Source of the DNA: Candidatus Eiseniibacteriota bacterium
GTDB taxonomy: Bacteria; Arandabacterota; Arandabacteria; Arandabacterales; Arandabacteraceae
Assembly: GCA_043810925.1 (NCBI GenBank)
Contig: JBDRNT010000151.1
Location: 3,565-67,564, forward strand
Length of the DNA: 64,000 nt
Direction: 5' to 3'
Shown: in pieces, positions 35,417 to 45,645 of the stretch
Layout of the letters: every line of letters starts with the position of its first letter
Position numbering within the stretch: the stretch's first letter is position 1
The notes under the pieces: generated by a model
The model's database searches: none
The model's input: only the letters and a program-made list of their open reading frames with translations
What the model was told of the DNA's origin: nothing
Made by a program: the position numbers and the translations under genes

Positions 35417-36862
35417 ATGGCGGATCAAGTGAGACTTGAGAAGATCGACGACTACAGATGGCGTATACCCAGGACCGGATCCATGCGGGTCCCCGGAGTG
35501 ATCTATTCGGATGAGCATCTTCTTAAGGACATCCGGATGGATGAGAGCCCGAAACAGGTTGCGAATGTGGCCCATCTTCCGGGGATAATCGACTACTCGC
35601 TTGCCATGCCCGATATGCATTGGGGATACGGTTTTCCGATAGGCGGGGTGGCCGCTACCGATCTTGACACGGGTGTTATCTCACCCGGTGGTGTCGGATA
35701 CGACATAAACTGCGGTTGCAGGCTTCTGAGGACCGATCTCACCCGCGCCGAGGTCGAGCCCAGGCTTGAGGATCTTGCCGCAAACCTCTTTAACAACATC
35801 CCCTGTGGGGTCGGATCGACCGGTACAATCAGACTTTCCGCCAAAGAGGAGCGGCGGGTTCTGGTCGATGGAGCCGCCTGGGCTGTAAAGAACGGCTACG
35901 GGGACGCGGAGGATCTGGAATGCACTGAGGAAGGCGGCGCCATGGCGGGCGCCGATCCTGCGGCGGTCAGTGAGCGGGCTATCTTAAGAGGCAGGTCCCA
36001 GCTGGGTACGCTCGGTTCGGGCAACCACTTCCTGGAGATCGATGTAGTAGAGGAAATCTATGATGAACGTGTGGCAGCTGCGTTCGGGCTCGCCGGCGGC
36101 ATGATCGCCGTCATGATTCACTCCGGATCGAGAGGCTTCGGCTATCAGGTCTGTGACGATTACCTGCGGGAGATGGGCAAGGCGGTCAGGAAATACAACA
36201 TAAGTCTGCCGGACAGACAACTCGCAAGCGCCCCATTGGCTTCCCCTGAGGGGGAAGCCTACTTCGCGGCGATGGCGTGTGCGGCAAACTACGCCTGGGC
36301 CAATCGCCAGTGCCTGATGCACTGGACGCGCGAGACCTTTGAGAAGACGCTCCGGGCTTCTCCCGGCAGTCTGAACTTGAAACTTGTCTATGATGTGTGT
36401 CACAATATTGCAAAGAAGGAAACGCACATGGTCCACGGCGAGCACAAAGTGGTATGTGTGCACAGGAAGGGAGCAACCAGGGCATTTCCCGCCGGTCATC
36501 GGGATGTGCCCGACTGCTACCGTTCGGTCGGGCAACCGGTACTAATACCCGGTGACATGGGAACCGGCTCCTACGTGCTCGTCGGGACGGAGCTGGCGAT
36601 GGAGCAGACTTTTGGAAGCACCTGCCACGGTGCAGGCAGGGTGAGAAGCCGTACGCAGTCGAAGAGAATGACGGACAGTGCGCAGCTTCTTAAGGATCTT
36701 CGGCGCAAAGGTATCGTCGTCATGGCCCGCGGCAAGCGGACCATCGCAGAAGAGGCACCCGATGCCTACAAGGATGTTGACAGGGTGGTCGATGTGGTTC
36801 ACAGAGCAGGAATATCGAAGAAGGTCGCGAAACTCCGGCCTCTGTGCGTGATCAAAGGATAG
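35417..36862 (+). CDS. rtcB: RtcB RNA ligase
   Basis: MPDMHWGYGFPIGG, GYDINCG, GSGNHFLE, HSGSRG, HRKGAT, STCHGAGR. Confidence 0.96.
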   Translation: MADQVRLEKIDDYRWRIPRTGSMRVPGVIYSDEHLLKDIRMDESPKQVANVAHLPGIIDYSLAMPDMHWGYGFPIGGVAATDLDTGVISPGGVGYDINCGCRLLRTDLTRAEVEPRLEDLAANLFNNIPCGVGSTGTIRLSAKEERRVLVDGAAWAVKNGYGDAEDLECTEEGGAMAGADPAAVSERAILRGRSQLGTLGSGNHFLEIDVVEEIYDERVAAAFGLAGGMIAVMIHSGSRGFGYQVCDDYLREMGKAVRKYNISLPDRQLASAPLASPEGEAYFAAMACAANYAWANRQCLMHWTRETFEKTLRASPGSLNLKLVYDVCHNIAKKETHMVHGEHKVVCVHRKGATRAFPAGHRDVPDCYRSVGQPVLIPGDMGTGSYVLVGTELAMEQTFGSTCHGAGRVRSRTQSKRMTDSAQLLKDLRRKGIVVMARGKRTIAEEAPDAYKDVDRVVDVVHRAGISKKVAKLRPLCVIKG

Positions 36863-36872
36863 GAGAAGAAGA

Positions 36873-39476
36873 TTGCCCAGATCAGCCAGACGCAAGACCG
36901 CTAAACCGAAGACCAGGACCGCGAAGACTCGGGCTTCCAAAGCGAAGGCGGCCAGGTCCCGAAGCGCCAAGACCAGGACCGCGAAGACTCGGGCTTCCAA
37001 AGCGAAGGCAGCCAAGTCTCGAAGCGCCAAATCCAAAATCGCAAGATCCCGAACAGCGAAAACCAGGACTTTGAAATCCAGAGCCGTCAAGACCAGGGTC
37101 GCAAAATCCAGGACCGCGGCCCCGAGCAAGCGGAAGCGCAAGTCGACGGCCGCGGAGGATATCGACGTTCTTCGACTTCCATCCAATCTCGGCGTCATCC
37201 CGCTCCGTGACACGGTGATATTCCCTTACATGATAGCGCCGCTCGTCATCGGCCGGGCCAGATCTCTCCACCTGATCGACGAGGCCGCGAACGCCGACCG
37301 GATGGTCGCTCTGGCGACCCAGCACCAACCCGATACCGAGACACCTGTGCCGGCGGATCTTCACCGGGTCGGGACCGCGGCGACGATTCTGAAGATGCTC
37401 AAGTTTCCCGACGGAAGTACCAGGGTCCTGGTGCAGGGTACATCCCGCATAAAGATCGGGTCTTACGCTCAGGAGCAACCCTATCTCAGGGCCGACATAG
37501 AAGGGGTGCCTGAATTGTCCGACACGACTGTCGAGACCCAGGCCCTCTTAAGGAGTGTGTCCGACATCTTTGCGAAGATCGTTGGGCATTCACCCCATCT
37601 TCCCGATGAGCTGCAGGTGGCTGTCATGAATATCGACAACCCGAGCCGTGCGGCTGATCTGATCGCGTCGAACATCAATCTCTCAACACTGGAGAAACAG
37701 GAAATCCTTGAAACATTCGATACGAAGGAGCGGCTGGCCAAACTGATGACGTTCCTCAACCGGGAACTCCAGGTGCTTGAGCTGGGAAGCAAGATCCAGT
37801 CCCAGGTAAAGACCGAGCTGGACAAGTCCCAGAGAGAATACTACCTGCGCGAGCAGCTCAAGGCGATCAGACGCGAGCTCGGAGAAAGTGACGAGAGGAC
37901 CATAGAGATCGAAGAGATCAAGCAGAAGATCGAAGCCGCGAAGATGCCCAAGGATCCTAAACAGGTCGCGGAAAAGGAGCTCGACCGGCTTGAGAAGATG
38001 CCGCCTCAGGCAGCTGAGTACACCGTTTCAAGAACATATCTTGATTGGCTGGTCACCCTGCCCTGGTCGAAAGGCACCGATGACATCGTCGATATGCCGA
38101 AGGCGAAGAAGATACTCGATGCGGATCACTATGATCTCGACAAGGTCAAGGAACGCATCCTCGAGTTTCTCGCGGTGAGGAAACTCAAGAAAGAAACCAA
38201 GGGTCCGATCCTCTGTTTCGTTGGACCTCCGGGTGTCGGGAAGACATCCCTCGGCAAGTCGATTGCAAAGGCGCTCGGGAGGAAGTTCACAAGGATCTCA
38301 CTGGGCGGCATAAGGGATGAGGCCGAAATCAGAGGGCACAGGAGGACGTATGTCGGTGCTTTACCGGGCAGGATAATACAAGGCATAAGGAAGGCCGGTT
38401 CGAATAACGCACTCTTCATGCTCGATGAAATCGACAAGATCGGTGCAGACTTCAGGGGCGATCCGGCCGCGGCACTGCTTGAGGTTCTTGATCCGGAGCA
38501 GAATGCCTTCTTCTCAGACCATTATCTCGAGGTGGCCTTCGACCTGTCGAAGGTGATGTTTATAACCACTGCGAATATGCTTGTCACCGTTCCCCCTGCG
38601 CTCCTCGATCGTATGGAGGTCATCGACCTGCCGGGATATACGGATGAGGAAAAGGTCGAAATCGCGAAGACGTATCTTGTCCCGCGCCAGAAGGACAGCC
38701 ATGGGTTGACGGACAGGCACATCGAATTCCACGACGATGCGATCAGGCTCTTGATCTCTGAATATACCAGGGAGGCCGGACTGAGGAACCTCGAGCGGGA
38801 GATCGGTAACATCTCGAGGAAAGTGGCAAGGAAGATTGTGGAAGGTGAGAAAGGTAAATTCCGGGTGACAACGGAGAGCGTCCACGATTTTCTCGGCCCT
38901 CGGAAGTTCTTCAGGGATGTTGCTGAACGCACGATGGTTCCCGGCGTGGCGACAGGTCTTGCGTGGACCGAAGCAGGCGGAGACATCATCTTCGTCGAAT
39001 CGAGCCTGATGAAGGGCGGGAAATCGCTGACACTGACAGGACGTCTGGGTGAAGTCATGCGCGAATCGGCGCAGGCCGCGCTTACATATGTGAGATCCCG
39101 GGCCGGTGATCTCAAAATAGAAGAAGGTTTTTACGAAAACCATGATGTTCACGTCCACGTTCCTCATGGGGGTGTGCCCAAGGACGGGCCTTCCGCAGGA
39201 GTGACAATCGCCACGAGCCTGGTTTCTCTCCTCACGGGCCGACCTGTAAGAGCCGACGTCGCCATGACCGGAGAGATCACGCTTAAGGGTAAGGTCCTGC
39301 CCGTCGGCGGGATAAAGGAGAAGATACTTGCGTCGCGGAGAGCCGGAATCAAAAAGGTGATCCTACCGCGAAGGAATGAAAAGGACCTCAGCGAAGTTCC
39401 GGATATTGTCAAAGACGGACTTGAGTTCATGTTCGTCGACGGCCTGGAAGAAGTATTTGAGAAAGCGCTGGTCTGA
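36873..39476 (+). CDS. lon: Lon protease with N-terminal basic repeat extension
   Basis: LON N-domain 'PLRDTVIFP', Walker A GPPGVGKT, catalytic PKDGPSAG and VGGIKEK; TTG start with AGGAG RBS. Confidence 0.96.
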   Translation: MPRSARRKTAKPKTRTAKTRASKAKAARSRSAKTRTAKTRASKAKAAKSRSAKSKIARSRTAKTRTLKSRAVKTRVAKSRTAAPSKRKRKSTAAEDIDVLRLPSNLGVIPLRDTVIFPYMIAPLVIGRARSLHLIDEAANADRMVALATQHQPDTETPVPADLHRVGTAATILKMLKFPDGSTRVLVQGTSRIKIGSYAQEQPYLRADIEGVPELSDTTVETQALLRSVSDIFAKIVGHSPHLPDELQVAVMNIDNPSRAADLIASNINLSTLEKQEILETFDTKERLAKLMTFLNRELQVLELGSKIQSQVKTELDKSQREYYLREQLKAIRRELGESDERTIEIEEIKQKIEAAKMPKDPKQVAEKELDRLEKMPPQAAEYTVSRTYLDWLVTLPWSKGTDDIVDMPKAKKILDADHYDLDKVKERILEFLAVRKLKKETKGPILCFVGPPGVGKTSLGKSIAKALGRKFTRISLGGIRDEAEIRGHRRTYVGALPGRIIQGIRKAGSNNALFMLDEIDKIGADFRGDPAAALLEVLDPEQNAFFSDHYLEVAFDLSKVMFITTANMLVTVPPALLDRMEVIDLPGYTDEEKVEIAKTYLVPRQKDSHGLTDRHIEFHDDAIRLLISEYTREAGLRNLEREIGNISRKVARKIVEGEKGKFRVTTESVHDFLGPRKFFRDVAERTMVPGVATGLAWTEAGGDIIFVESSLMKGGKSLTLTGRLGEVMRESAQAALTYVRSRAGDLKIEEGFYENHDVHVHVPHGGVPKDGPSAGVTIATSLVSLLTGRPVRADVAMTGEITLKGKVLPVGGIKEKILASRRAGIKKVILPRRNEKDLSEVPDIVKDGLEFMFVDGLEEVFEKALV
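36909..37028 (+). repeat. 60-bp tandem duplication inside the Lon basic tail
   Basis: AAGACCAGGACCGCGAAGACTCGGGCTTCCAAAGCGAAGGC... repeated with a 60-nt period (36909, 36969). Confidence 0.9.
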
Positions 39477-39502
39477 GCTGTACTCTCACGGAGGAACCCG
39501 CT

Positions 39503-40969
39503 TTGCCCGATTCCACTGATGCCCTTCTTAAGCAGACCGCTGAGCTGGCGTCCAGAATAGAGAGAATCGAAGCCGAGTCATTGAGCAAGTCCGCCCAGGT
39601 GACCCTCCTGAGCGAGGTCGGACGGGCGCTTCAGAGCACAATGGAGATCGATCAACTCTTGCGGGTGATTCTCGCTGCTGTGACGGCAGGTGACGGGCTT
39701 GGGCTGAACCGGGCCTTTCTATTGCTGTTGGATGAGAGCGGCTCGGTGATACGCGGAAGGATGGCCGTCGGTCCGAGTGAGCCCGGCGAGGCGGGCGAGA
39801 TATGGAAGGCCATGGAGAATGAGGGCAGGAGCCTCAGTGAAATTCTCCGCGTGTACTCATCCAGAAGCGGGCCGGGGGCCGATGGGATCCTCAAGACCGC
39901 AGCGAGACTCGTCTTCCCGTTTGACGGCGCCGGCAACATAGTGTCACGAAGTCTTGATGAGGGTAGGTCGGTCGTCGTGGAGGATGCGAGGGACCTTCCC
40001 GATGCCCGGGAAATAGCGGGGATACTGAATAGCGATCACTTTCTTATCGTACCCCTTGTGGCCGAGGGACGTAAACTCGGTGCGATCCTGGCAGACAACT
40101 TCGTGACCGGCCGCAGGATAGGCCCCGAGGACGTGAGACTTCTCGAGACCTTTGCCAGCCAGGCCGCGCTGGCGATAGCGAATGCGTCGCTTCACAAGAA
40201 CCTCCAGGAACGGTTGAGACAGCTCGAAGTTGCGCACAACGAACTCAGCCAGAACCACCTTCAATTGATGCGGGCCGAACGGCTCGTTGCGCTGGGCGGG
40301 CTCGCCGCTTCCTTCATGCATGATCTGAAGGCCCCAATCGTATCAATAGGTCTTATGGCCCGGGCAGCGGCTGCGAAACTGGTGGAGGAGGACCCTTCGA
40401 AGGGAACCTTCGAGAAAATCGCCGAAGAGATAGTCGAAATCGAGAAGTACCTGAAAGGTGTGGCCAGATCGGCCGAGCGGGGCCCCCGGGAGCTGGTGCA
40501 GGTCGACATATCGGGAATAGTCCGGGACTCGCTGAACCTCATACGGGGATCGATGATTACAGGGAACGTCAAGACCACGCTCGGTTTCGGACACGGCGAC
40601 GCGAAGATTCGCGGGAATCCGCTTGAGCTCAGACAGATGCTTTTGAATATACTTCATAACTCGGTGGAGGCATTGCCCGATGGGGGAGACCTCACCGTTG
40701 AGACCGGAGTCGAATCGGATATGGTGAGAATTTCGATCGGGGATACGGGCACAGGGATTCCCGAGGGGGTGAAGCCCAAGGTGTTCTCCCTGTTTTTCAC
40801 AACCAAGCCTGAGGGCTCAGGTCTCGGTCTTTTCATTGCGAAACGAATCGTCAGAGATTACGGCGGTTCGATCTCATTTGAATCCACAGAGGGCAAGGGG
40901 ACCTGCTTCTCGATATTGCTTCCGGTGGACAAAGAGCATAGCGAAGCAGGTCGAGCGAGAACGCAGTGA
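39503..40969 (+). CDS. GAF-domain sensor histidine kinase
   Basis: GAF region ('LNRAFLLL', 'LADNFVT'); H-box 'MHDLKAP'; N/G boxes 'NILHNSVEA', 'DTGTGIP', 'FFTTK..GSGLGL'. Confidence 0.9.
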   Translation: MPDSTDALLKQTAELASRIERIEAESLSKSAQVTLLSEVGRALQSTMEIDQLLRVILAAVTAGDGLGLNRAFLLLLDESGSVIRGRMAVGPSEPGEAGEIWKAMENEGRSLSEILRVYSSRSGPGADGILKTAARLVFPFDGAGNIVSRSLDEGRSVVVEDARDLPDAREIAGILNSDHFLIVPLVAEGRKLGAILADNFVTGRRIGPEDVRLLETFASQAALAIANASLHKNLQERLRQLEVAHNELSQNHLQLMRAERLVALGGLAASFMHDLKAPIVSIGLMARAAAAKLVEEDPSKGTFEKIAEEIVEIEKYLKGVARSAERGPRELVQVDISGIVRDSLNLIRGSMITGNVKTTLGFGHGDAKIRGNPLELRQMLLNILHNSVEALPDGGDLTVETGVESDMVRISIGDTGTGIPEGVKPKVFSLFFTTKPEGSGLGLFIAKRIVRDYGGSISFESTEGKGTCFSILLPVDKEHSEAGRARTQ

Positions 40970-42225
40970 GCATAGTGGTCCTGCAGACAGCGTTGGTGAT
41001 CCTTCTCCTTTTCCTCTCCTCAGTCTTTTCCGGTTCCGAGACGGCTCTCTTCTCCCTGAAGCCCTACCAGGTGAGAGAGCTTCAGAGGAGACCGTCAAAG
41101 GGGTCCATAATGGTGGGATCGCTGCTTAAGGATCCTTACCATCTGCTCGTCACCATATTGATCGGGAACACTCTGGTCAATGTTGCGGCGGCGAGTATAG
41201 GAACTAGCGTTGTCGGGCGTTTTGTCGAACAGGGTGTTGTCGGCATCAGCGTCGCGACCATGACGGTTCTTATCCTCATATTCGGTGAGATTGTTCCAAA
41301 GACGATCGCGGTCAGCAATCCCCTGAGGATATCACTTGCAGCAGCCCCCTCGATCTCACTTGCCGTAAGGTTACTTACACCGGTCAAGGGGATTCTCGAA
41401 TCCCTGATCAGGTTGTTTCTCAGACGCGGCCCGATGGGGCATCCCGGTCTGGCAGGACCTGCGCATGAGCATGTTACCGAGGCGATAGCCGTCGGCCACT
41501 CCGAGGGTGTTCTGGATAAGGTCGAAATGGAAGTCCTCGGTGGTATCTTGAGACTGATGCATCTCTCGGTTCAGAACATAATGACCCCCCGTACGGAGGT
41601 CTTCATGCTGAGGTCGGATCTGACTGTGGCGGACGCCGTCAGCCTCGTGAAATCGTCCGGCTACTCACGTATCCCTGTTTTTGATGGCGAGAAGCGAGAC
41701 AGTGTGACGGGTATACTCTACGTGAAAGACCTGTTGAACAGCCGCGTGGACTCAGGGACCGCTATCGGTGATGTCGCGCGTGAGCCTTTTTTCGTGCCCG
41801 AATCGAAATCCCTCGTGGACCTCCTCGATGAGTTTGTCTCGGGTTCTGCTCATTTCGCGGTGGCGATTGATGAATACGGTACATTTACCGGAATCGTCAC
41901 CCTGGACGACATTCTTGGAGAGGTGGTCGGCACGGATGCGAGCCGCCGTCTGGAGAAGCACCGGTACAGACATCTGTCGAGATCCAGGTGGGAAGTATCC
42001 GGAAGAATGGAGATAAAATACTTCAACGCCCTTGTCGGCGCGGCGATTTCGGATGCTCATGCCGATACAATAGCGGGGTTCATCATCGACAGGATGGGCA
42101 AGATCCCCGCCCCGGGTGAAGAACTGGTCGTCAAGAATTTGAAACTCAGAGTGCTGGACGCGGACGGGAGGCGGATCAAGAGCGTCGAGATCGAGAAACT
42201 GAGAAAACAGGGTCGATCATGTTGA
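40966..42225 (+). CDS. CNNM/HlyC-CorC family transporter (DUF21-CBS-CorC), paralog 1
   Basis: 'FSGSETALFSL', 'FGEIVPK', 'IMTPR', 'GYSRIPV', 'DEYG..TGIVTLDDILGEVVG'. Confidence 0.9.
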   Translation: MSIVVLQTALVILLLFLSSVFSGSETALFSLKPYQVRELQRRPSKGSIMVGSLLKDPYHLLVTILIGNTLVNVAAASIGTSVVGRFVEQGVVGISVATMTVLILIFGEIVPKTIAVSNPLRISLAAAPSISLAVRLLTPVKGILESLIRLFLRRGPMGHPGLAGPAHEHVTEAIAVGHSEGVLDKVEMEVLGGILRLMHLSVQNIMTPRTEVFMLRSDLTVADAVSLVKSSGYSRIPVFDGEKRDSVTGILYVKDLLNSRVDSGTAIGDVAREPFFVPESKSLVDLLDEFVSGSAHFAVAIDEYGTFTGIVTLDDILGEVVGTDASRRLEKHRYRHLSRSRWEVSGRMEIKYFNALVGAAISDAHADTIAGFIIDRMGKIPAPGEELVVKNLKLRVLDADGRRIKSVEIEKLRKQGRSC

Positions 42226-43442
42226 GATATCTCATCTACATCCTTGCAATCGCTGTCTCCGTTGCGGGGGTCGCGTTCTTCGCCGGCAGTGAGATCTCCT
42301 TTGTATCGGCCAACAGATTCCGCATAAGCGGAATGGCTAAGAGGAAGGTCCGAGGCGCCTGCACCGCGAAGAGACTTCTGGATGATCCGGCAACGCTCCT
42401 GAGCGTGACCCTGGTCGGCACGAACATCTTTGTCGTCTTAGCATCATCACTGGCGACCTCCATTTTGGACAACCTATTGGGCGGATATGCGGTTCTGGTA
42501 TCTACTGTGAGCGTGACCGCAGTGATTCTTGTCTTCGGTGAGATAGTGCCCAAAGCGGTCGCACGCACCAGCCCTGAGGCCTTTCTGATGCGGGCTGCTC
42601 CCGGTCTGGGGATCGCATACTATCTTCTCTATCCCGTTGCCAGGGTGACATCGGTAATTTCCGCCTTGTTGGCGACCGCCTCCCTGTCGGTTGAAAGGAA
42701 AGCCCCTGTTACCAGGGACGAGATCAGGGCACTGGTCAAAGAGGTCACACAGGCCGGTTTGGGGGTCACATCCTATACCTACGCGCACCGGGTCCTTGAC
42801 CTCTCAAGGGTCAAAGTGACCGGAGTGATGCTGCCGATGGATGAGGTCGTATGCGTCAATGAGGGGGCCACGGTCGGGGAGGCGTTGGCCACGGCAGAGG
42901 CAGGCGGACATTCACGGTATCCCGTTTACAAGCGAACCTCTGACAATCTCGTGGGTATTCTTCACATCAAAGACCTGCTCGGTGTTCCAGGCGATTCCAG
43001 CATCACCAGTTTCGTGAGACGCGGTTACTTCGTTCCGGAGACCAGAACCGTCAAGGAAGCTATACGTGAGATGCGGGATGAGCTGCGGCACCTCGGCATA
43101 GTCACAGATGAGTACGGCAGACCCATAGGTATTCTGACCTTTGAAGACCTGGTGGAGGAGATAATGGGGGAGATACGTGACGAATACGACCAGGTCAATG
43201 GTTCTCACGCTGCGCTCGGGCGTGTGATCAGCGGCAGCACCCCGGTCTCGCTTCTCAGGGAGGAACTGGAAATCGGCATACCGGATGGGGTCTATGACAC
43301 AGTTGCAGGTTTCATCCTCGACCGCACCGGCTCGATATGTAAAAAGGGTGATATGGTTGAGTTCGAGGGTTTCGAGTTCAAAGTGGTCGAAGTGAAGGGA
43401 AGGCGAATCCGGAGCATCAGGATCACCAAGAAGGAAGCCTAA
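42219..43442 (+). CDS. CNNM/HlyC-CorC family transporter, paralog 2
   Basis: 'FFAGSEISF', 'FGEIVPK', 'GHSRYPV', 'DEYG..IGILTFEDLVEEIMGEI'. Confidence 0.9.
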   Translation: MLRYLIYILAIAVSVAGVAFFAGSEISFVSANRFRISGMAKRKVRGACTAKRLLDDPATLLSVTLVGTNIFVVLASSLATSILDNLLGGYAVLVSTVSVTAVILVFGEIVPKAVARTSPEAFLMRAAPGLGIAYYLLYPVARVTSVISALLATASLSVERKAPVTRDEIRALVKEVTQAGLGVTSYTYAHRVLDLSRVKVTGVMLPMDEVVCVNEGATVGEALATAEAGGHSRYPVYKRTSDNLVGILHIKDLLGVPGDSSITSFVRRGYFVPETRTVKEAIREMRDELRHLGIVTDEYGRPIGILTFEDLVEEIMGEIRDEYDQVNGSHAALGRVISGSTPVSLLREELEIGIPDGVYDTVAGFILDRTGSICKKGDMVEFEGFEFKVVEVKGRRIRSIRITKKEA

Positions 43443-43443
43443 C

Positions 43444-44388
43444 ATGAAGAAACGGCCGGTTGTATCGATGGACCTCGGGGGGACCAATATCAGGTTGGGT
43501 CTTGTGGATGCCCGTGGAACGGTGCTGCGTCGCCGGCGTGTACCGATGTTCAGTGCCGGCAGCAAGCACACGCTCTTAAGAGCGCTCGGGGACGTTATCG
43601 CCTCTTTTATCGAAGCGAACAGTGATCTGCCTTCACCGGGCGGCGTATGTATCGGGTTCGCTGGTCCCACAAAGGCATCCGAGGGTTGTGTCTACTTCGC
43701 GCCTAACATAAGCCGGATGTCGGACATCGAGGTGGGATCCTACCTCGAGGGTCGTCTCGAGATGCGGGTCATGGTCGAGAATGACGCCAACTGCGCCGCA
43801 CTCGGCGAATATTGGCACGGCGCAGGCAAAGGGGCGAGCAGCCTCTTTCTGTTCACCCTCGGGACCGGTGTCGGTGGCAGTCTCGTGATCGACGGGAAGC
43901 TCTGGCAGGGATATGACGGCATTGCAGGTGAAATCGGACACACCGTCATCGACATCAAGGGCCCGAAGTGTGCATGTGGTCAGCGGGGATGCCTTGAGAC
44001 GCTTGTTTCGGCCACGGCCATGATCAAAGATTACGGCAAGCGGAAGCGAATCAAGACCCGGCCACGGGATATTACGGCCAAGATGATTGCCGACAAGGCA
44101 AAACAGGGTGACAGGACTGCCATGGCGGTTATGCGTGGTGCTTCCGAGGCTCTCGGCGTCGGCATTGCCAATGTCTTTCATCTTTACAATCCCGAGTTGA
44201 TACTTGTTGGAGGTGGAGTAAGCCGCGCAGGGTCCATCCTGCTCGCTCCGGCGGTCAGTCGCGCACGGGAAGCGATCTTTCCGCAACTGCGCAGCAGGCT
44301 CAAGGTCAGGCGGACGCGGCTCGGTGATGACTCTGCCCTTGTCGGTGCCGCCTACCTCGCCCACCAATCCCCCTGGGGTCAGAGCTAA
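43444..44388 (+). CDS. glk: ROK family glucokinase
   Basis: DLGGTN, ENDANCAALGE, LGTGVGG, GEIGH, CACGQRGCLE. Confidence 0.88.
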   Translation: MKKRPVVSMDLGGTNIRLGLVDARGTVLRRRRVPMFSAGSKHTLLRALGDVIASFIEANSDLPSPGGVCIGFAGPTKASEGCVYFAPNISRMSDIEVGSYLEGRLEMRVMVENDANCAALGEYWHGAGKGASSLFLFTLGTGVGGSLVIDGKLWQGYDGIAGEIGHTVIDIKGPKCACGQRGCLETLVSATAMIKDYGKRKRIKTRPRDITAKMIADKAKQGDRTAMAVMRGASEALGVGIANVFHLYNPELILVGGGVSRAGSILLAPAVSRAREAIFPQLRSRLKVRRTRLGDDSALVGAAYLAHQSPWGQS

Positions 44389-44503
44389 AAAGTTACACTC
44401 CAGGGGGTCAGAGCTCAAAAGTTGATAAGTGGGGGGTCAGACCCCGAGGTGTCAACTTTTGAGCTCTGACCCCACCGAATGTCAACTTTTTAGCTCTGAC
44501 CCC
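44375..44503. repeat. nested REP-like inverted repeat array (GGGGTCAGAGCT(C/A)AAAAGTT)
   Basis: Two direct units (44375, 44404), a central GGGGTCAGACCCC palindrome (44433-45), then two inverted units (44452-73, 44482-503). Confidence 0.9.
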
Positions 44504-44574
44504 CAGTCTGTGCCATCTTGATTGACATGCAAGGCGTATTGTGATACTTAGTGGGGATAGTGAGGTGAAACAAG

Positions 44575-45645
44575 TTGGAACTATTCAGTAGGCTCAAGGC
44601 CGACAGCCACGAACAGATCATGTTCTTCCGCGAACAGGTGTCGCAGCTTCGGGCGATCGTTGCCATTCATGACACCACGCTCGGGCCTGCGATCGGTGGT
44701 GTACGGATGTCGGAGTATCGCGATGAGGACGGCGCCATAGAGGATGCCCTCCGGCTGTCCAGGAGTATGACCTACAAGGCGGCCGGTGCAGGCCTGGATT
44801 TCGGTGGCGGCCAGACGATCATAATGGGTGATCCCAAGAAGGACAAGAGCGAGTCCCTGTTCAGGGCGCTCGGACGGTTCATAGACAGCCTGGGGGGAAG
44901 GTACATAGCTGCTGAGGGCGTCGGGACCGGTTTCAACGATATGGACTACATAAGAATGGAAACCAAGTACGTCGTCGGGATACCCAGCTCGCGTGGCGGC
45001 AGCGGGGATCCGTCTCCTGTATGCGCCACCGGTGTCGTGAGAGGTCTGGAGGCATGCCGGGCGTTTGTCACGGGGAGCGATGATCTCAAAGGAATCACAG
45101 TAGCCATCCAGGGTGTCGGCCGGGTGGGCCGTATTCTTGTCGGACGACTTGTGGAGCGTGGGGCGGTCGTGACCGTCGCCGATATCGATTCCGACGCGAT
45201 CGGCCGGGTTACCTCCGAGCATGACGTCACGGTAGTCGACCCTGATAACGTATATGCTGTCGAGTGTGACATATTCTGCCCCTGCGCGCTCGGCGGTATC
45301 ATAAACGATGAGACAATCAAGCAGCTCAAGTGCAGGATTGTCGCGGGGGCTGCCAACAACCAGCTTGAGGATGAGAAGCACGGCGATGATCTGCACAAGC
45401 GCGGCATTCTCTATGCGCCTGACTACATAATCAATGCAGGTGGGCTCATCAATGTCGCGGATGAGATCTACGGCTATGACGAACAGCGTGCGATGCGAAA
45501 GACCGAAGCCATAAAGGATGTCTTACTCAGCATCCTGCTCTCCGCCCGTGATGAGAGTATCTCCACGCATCAGGCGGCCGACCGGTTCGCGGAACGGAGA
45601 ATAGAGCAGGTCGGAATGGTGCGCCGCACCTACGTTTCTTCCTAG
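44575..45645 (+). CDS. Glu/Leu/Phe/Val dehydrogenase (leucine dehydrogenase-like)
   Basis: 'IAIHDTTLGPAIGG'-like start, 'MTYK', 'GDPSP', 'QGVGRVG', 'PCALGG', 'GAANNQL', 'NAGG'. Confidence 0.92.
   Translation: MELFSRLKADSHEQIMFFREQVSQLRAIVAIHDTTLGPAIGGVRMSEYRDEDGAIEDALRLSRSMTYKAAGAGLDFGGGQTIIMGDPKKDKSESLFRALGRFIDSLGGRYIAAEGVGTGFNDMDYIRMETKYVVGIPSSRGGSGDPSPVCATGVVRGLEACRAFVTGSDDLKGITVAIQGVGRVGRILVGRLVERGAVVTVADIDSDAIGRVTSEHDVTVVDPDNVYAVECDIFCPCALGGIINDETIKQLKCRIVAGAANNQLEDEKHGDDLHKRGILYAPDYIINAGGLINVADEIYGYDEQRAMRKTEAIKDVLLSILLSARDESISTHQAADRFAERRIEQVGMVRRTYVSS

Noticed and set aside
44375-44503. Possible mini-CRISPR array
   Set aside because: Units are in both orientations, gaps are only ~8-10 nt, and there are no cas genes; REP-like instead.
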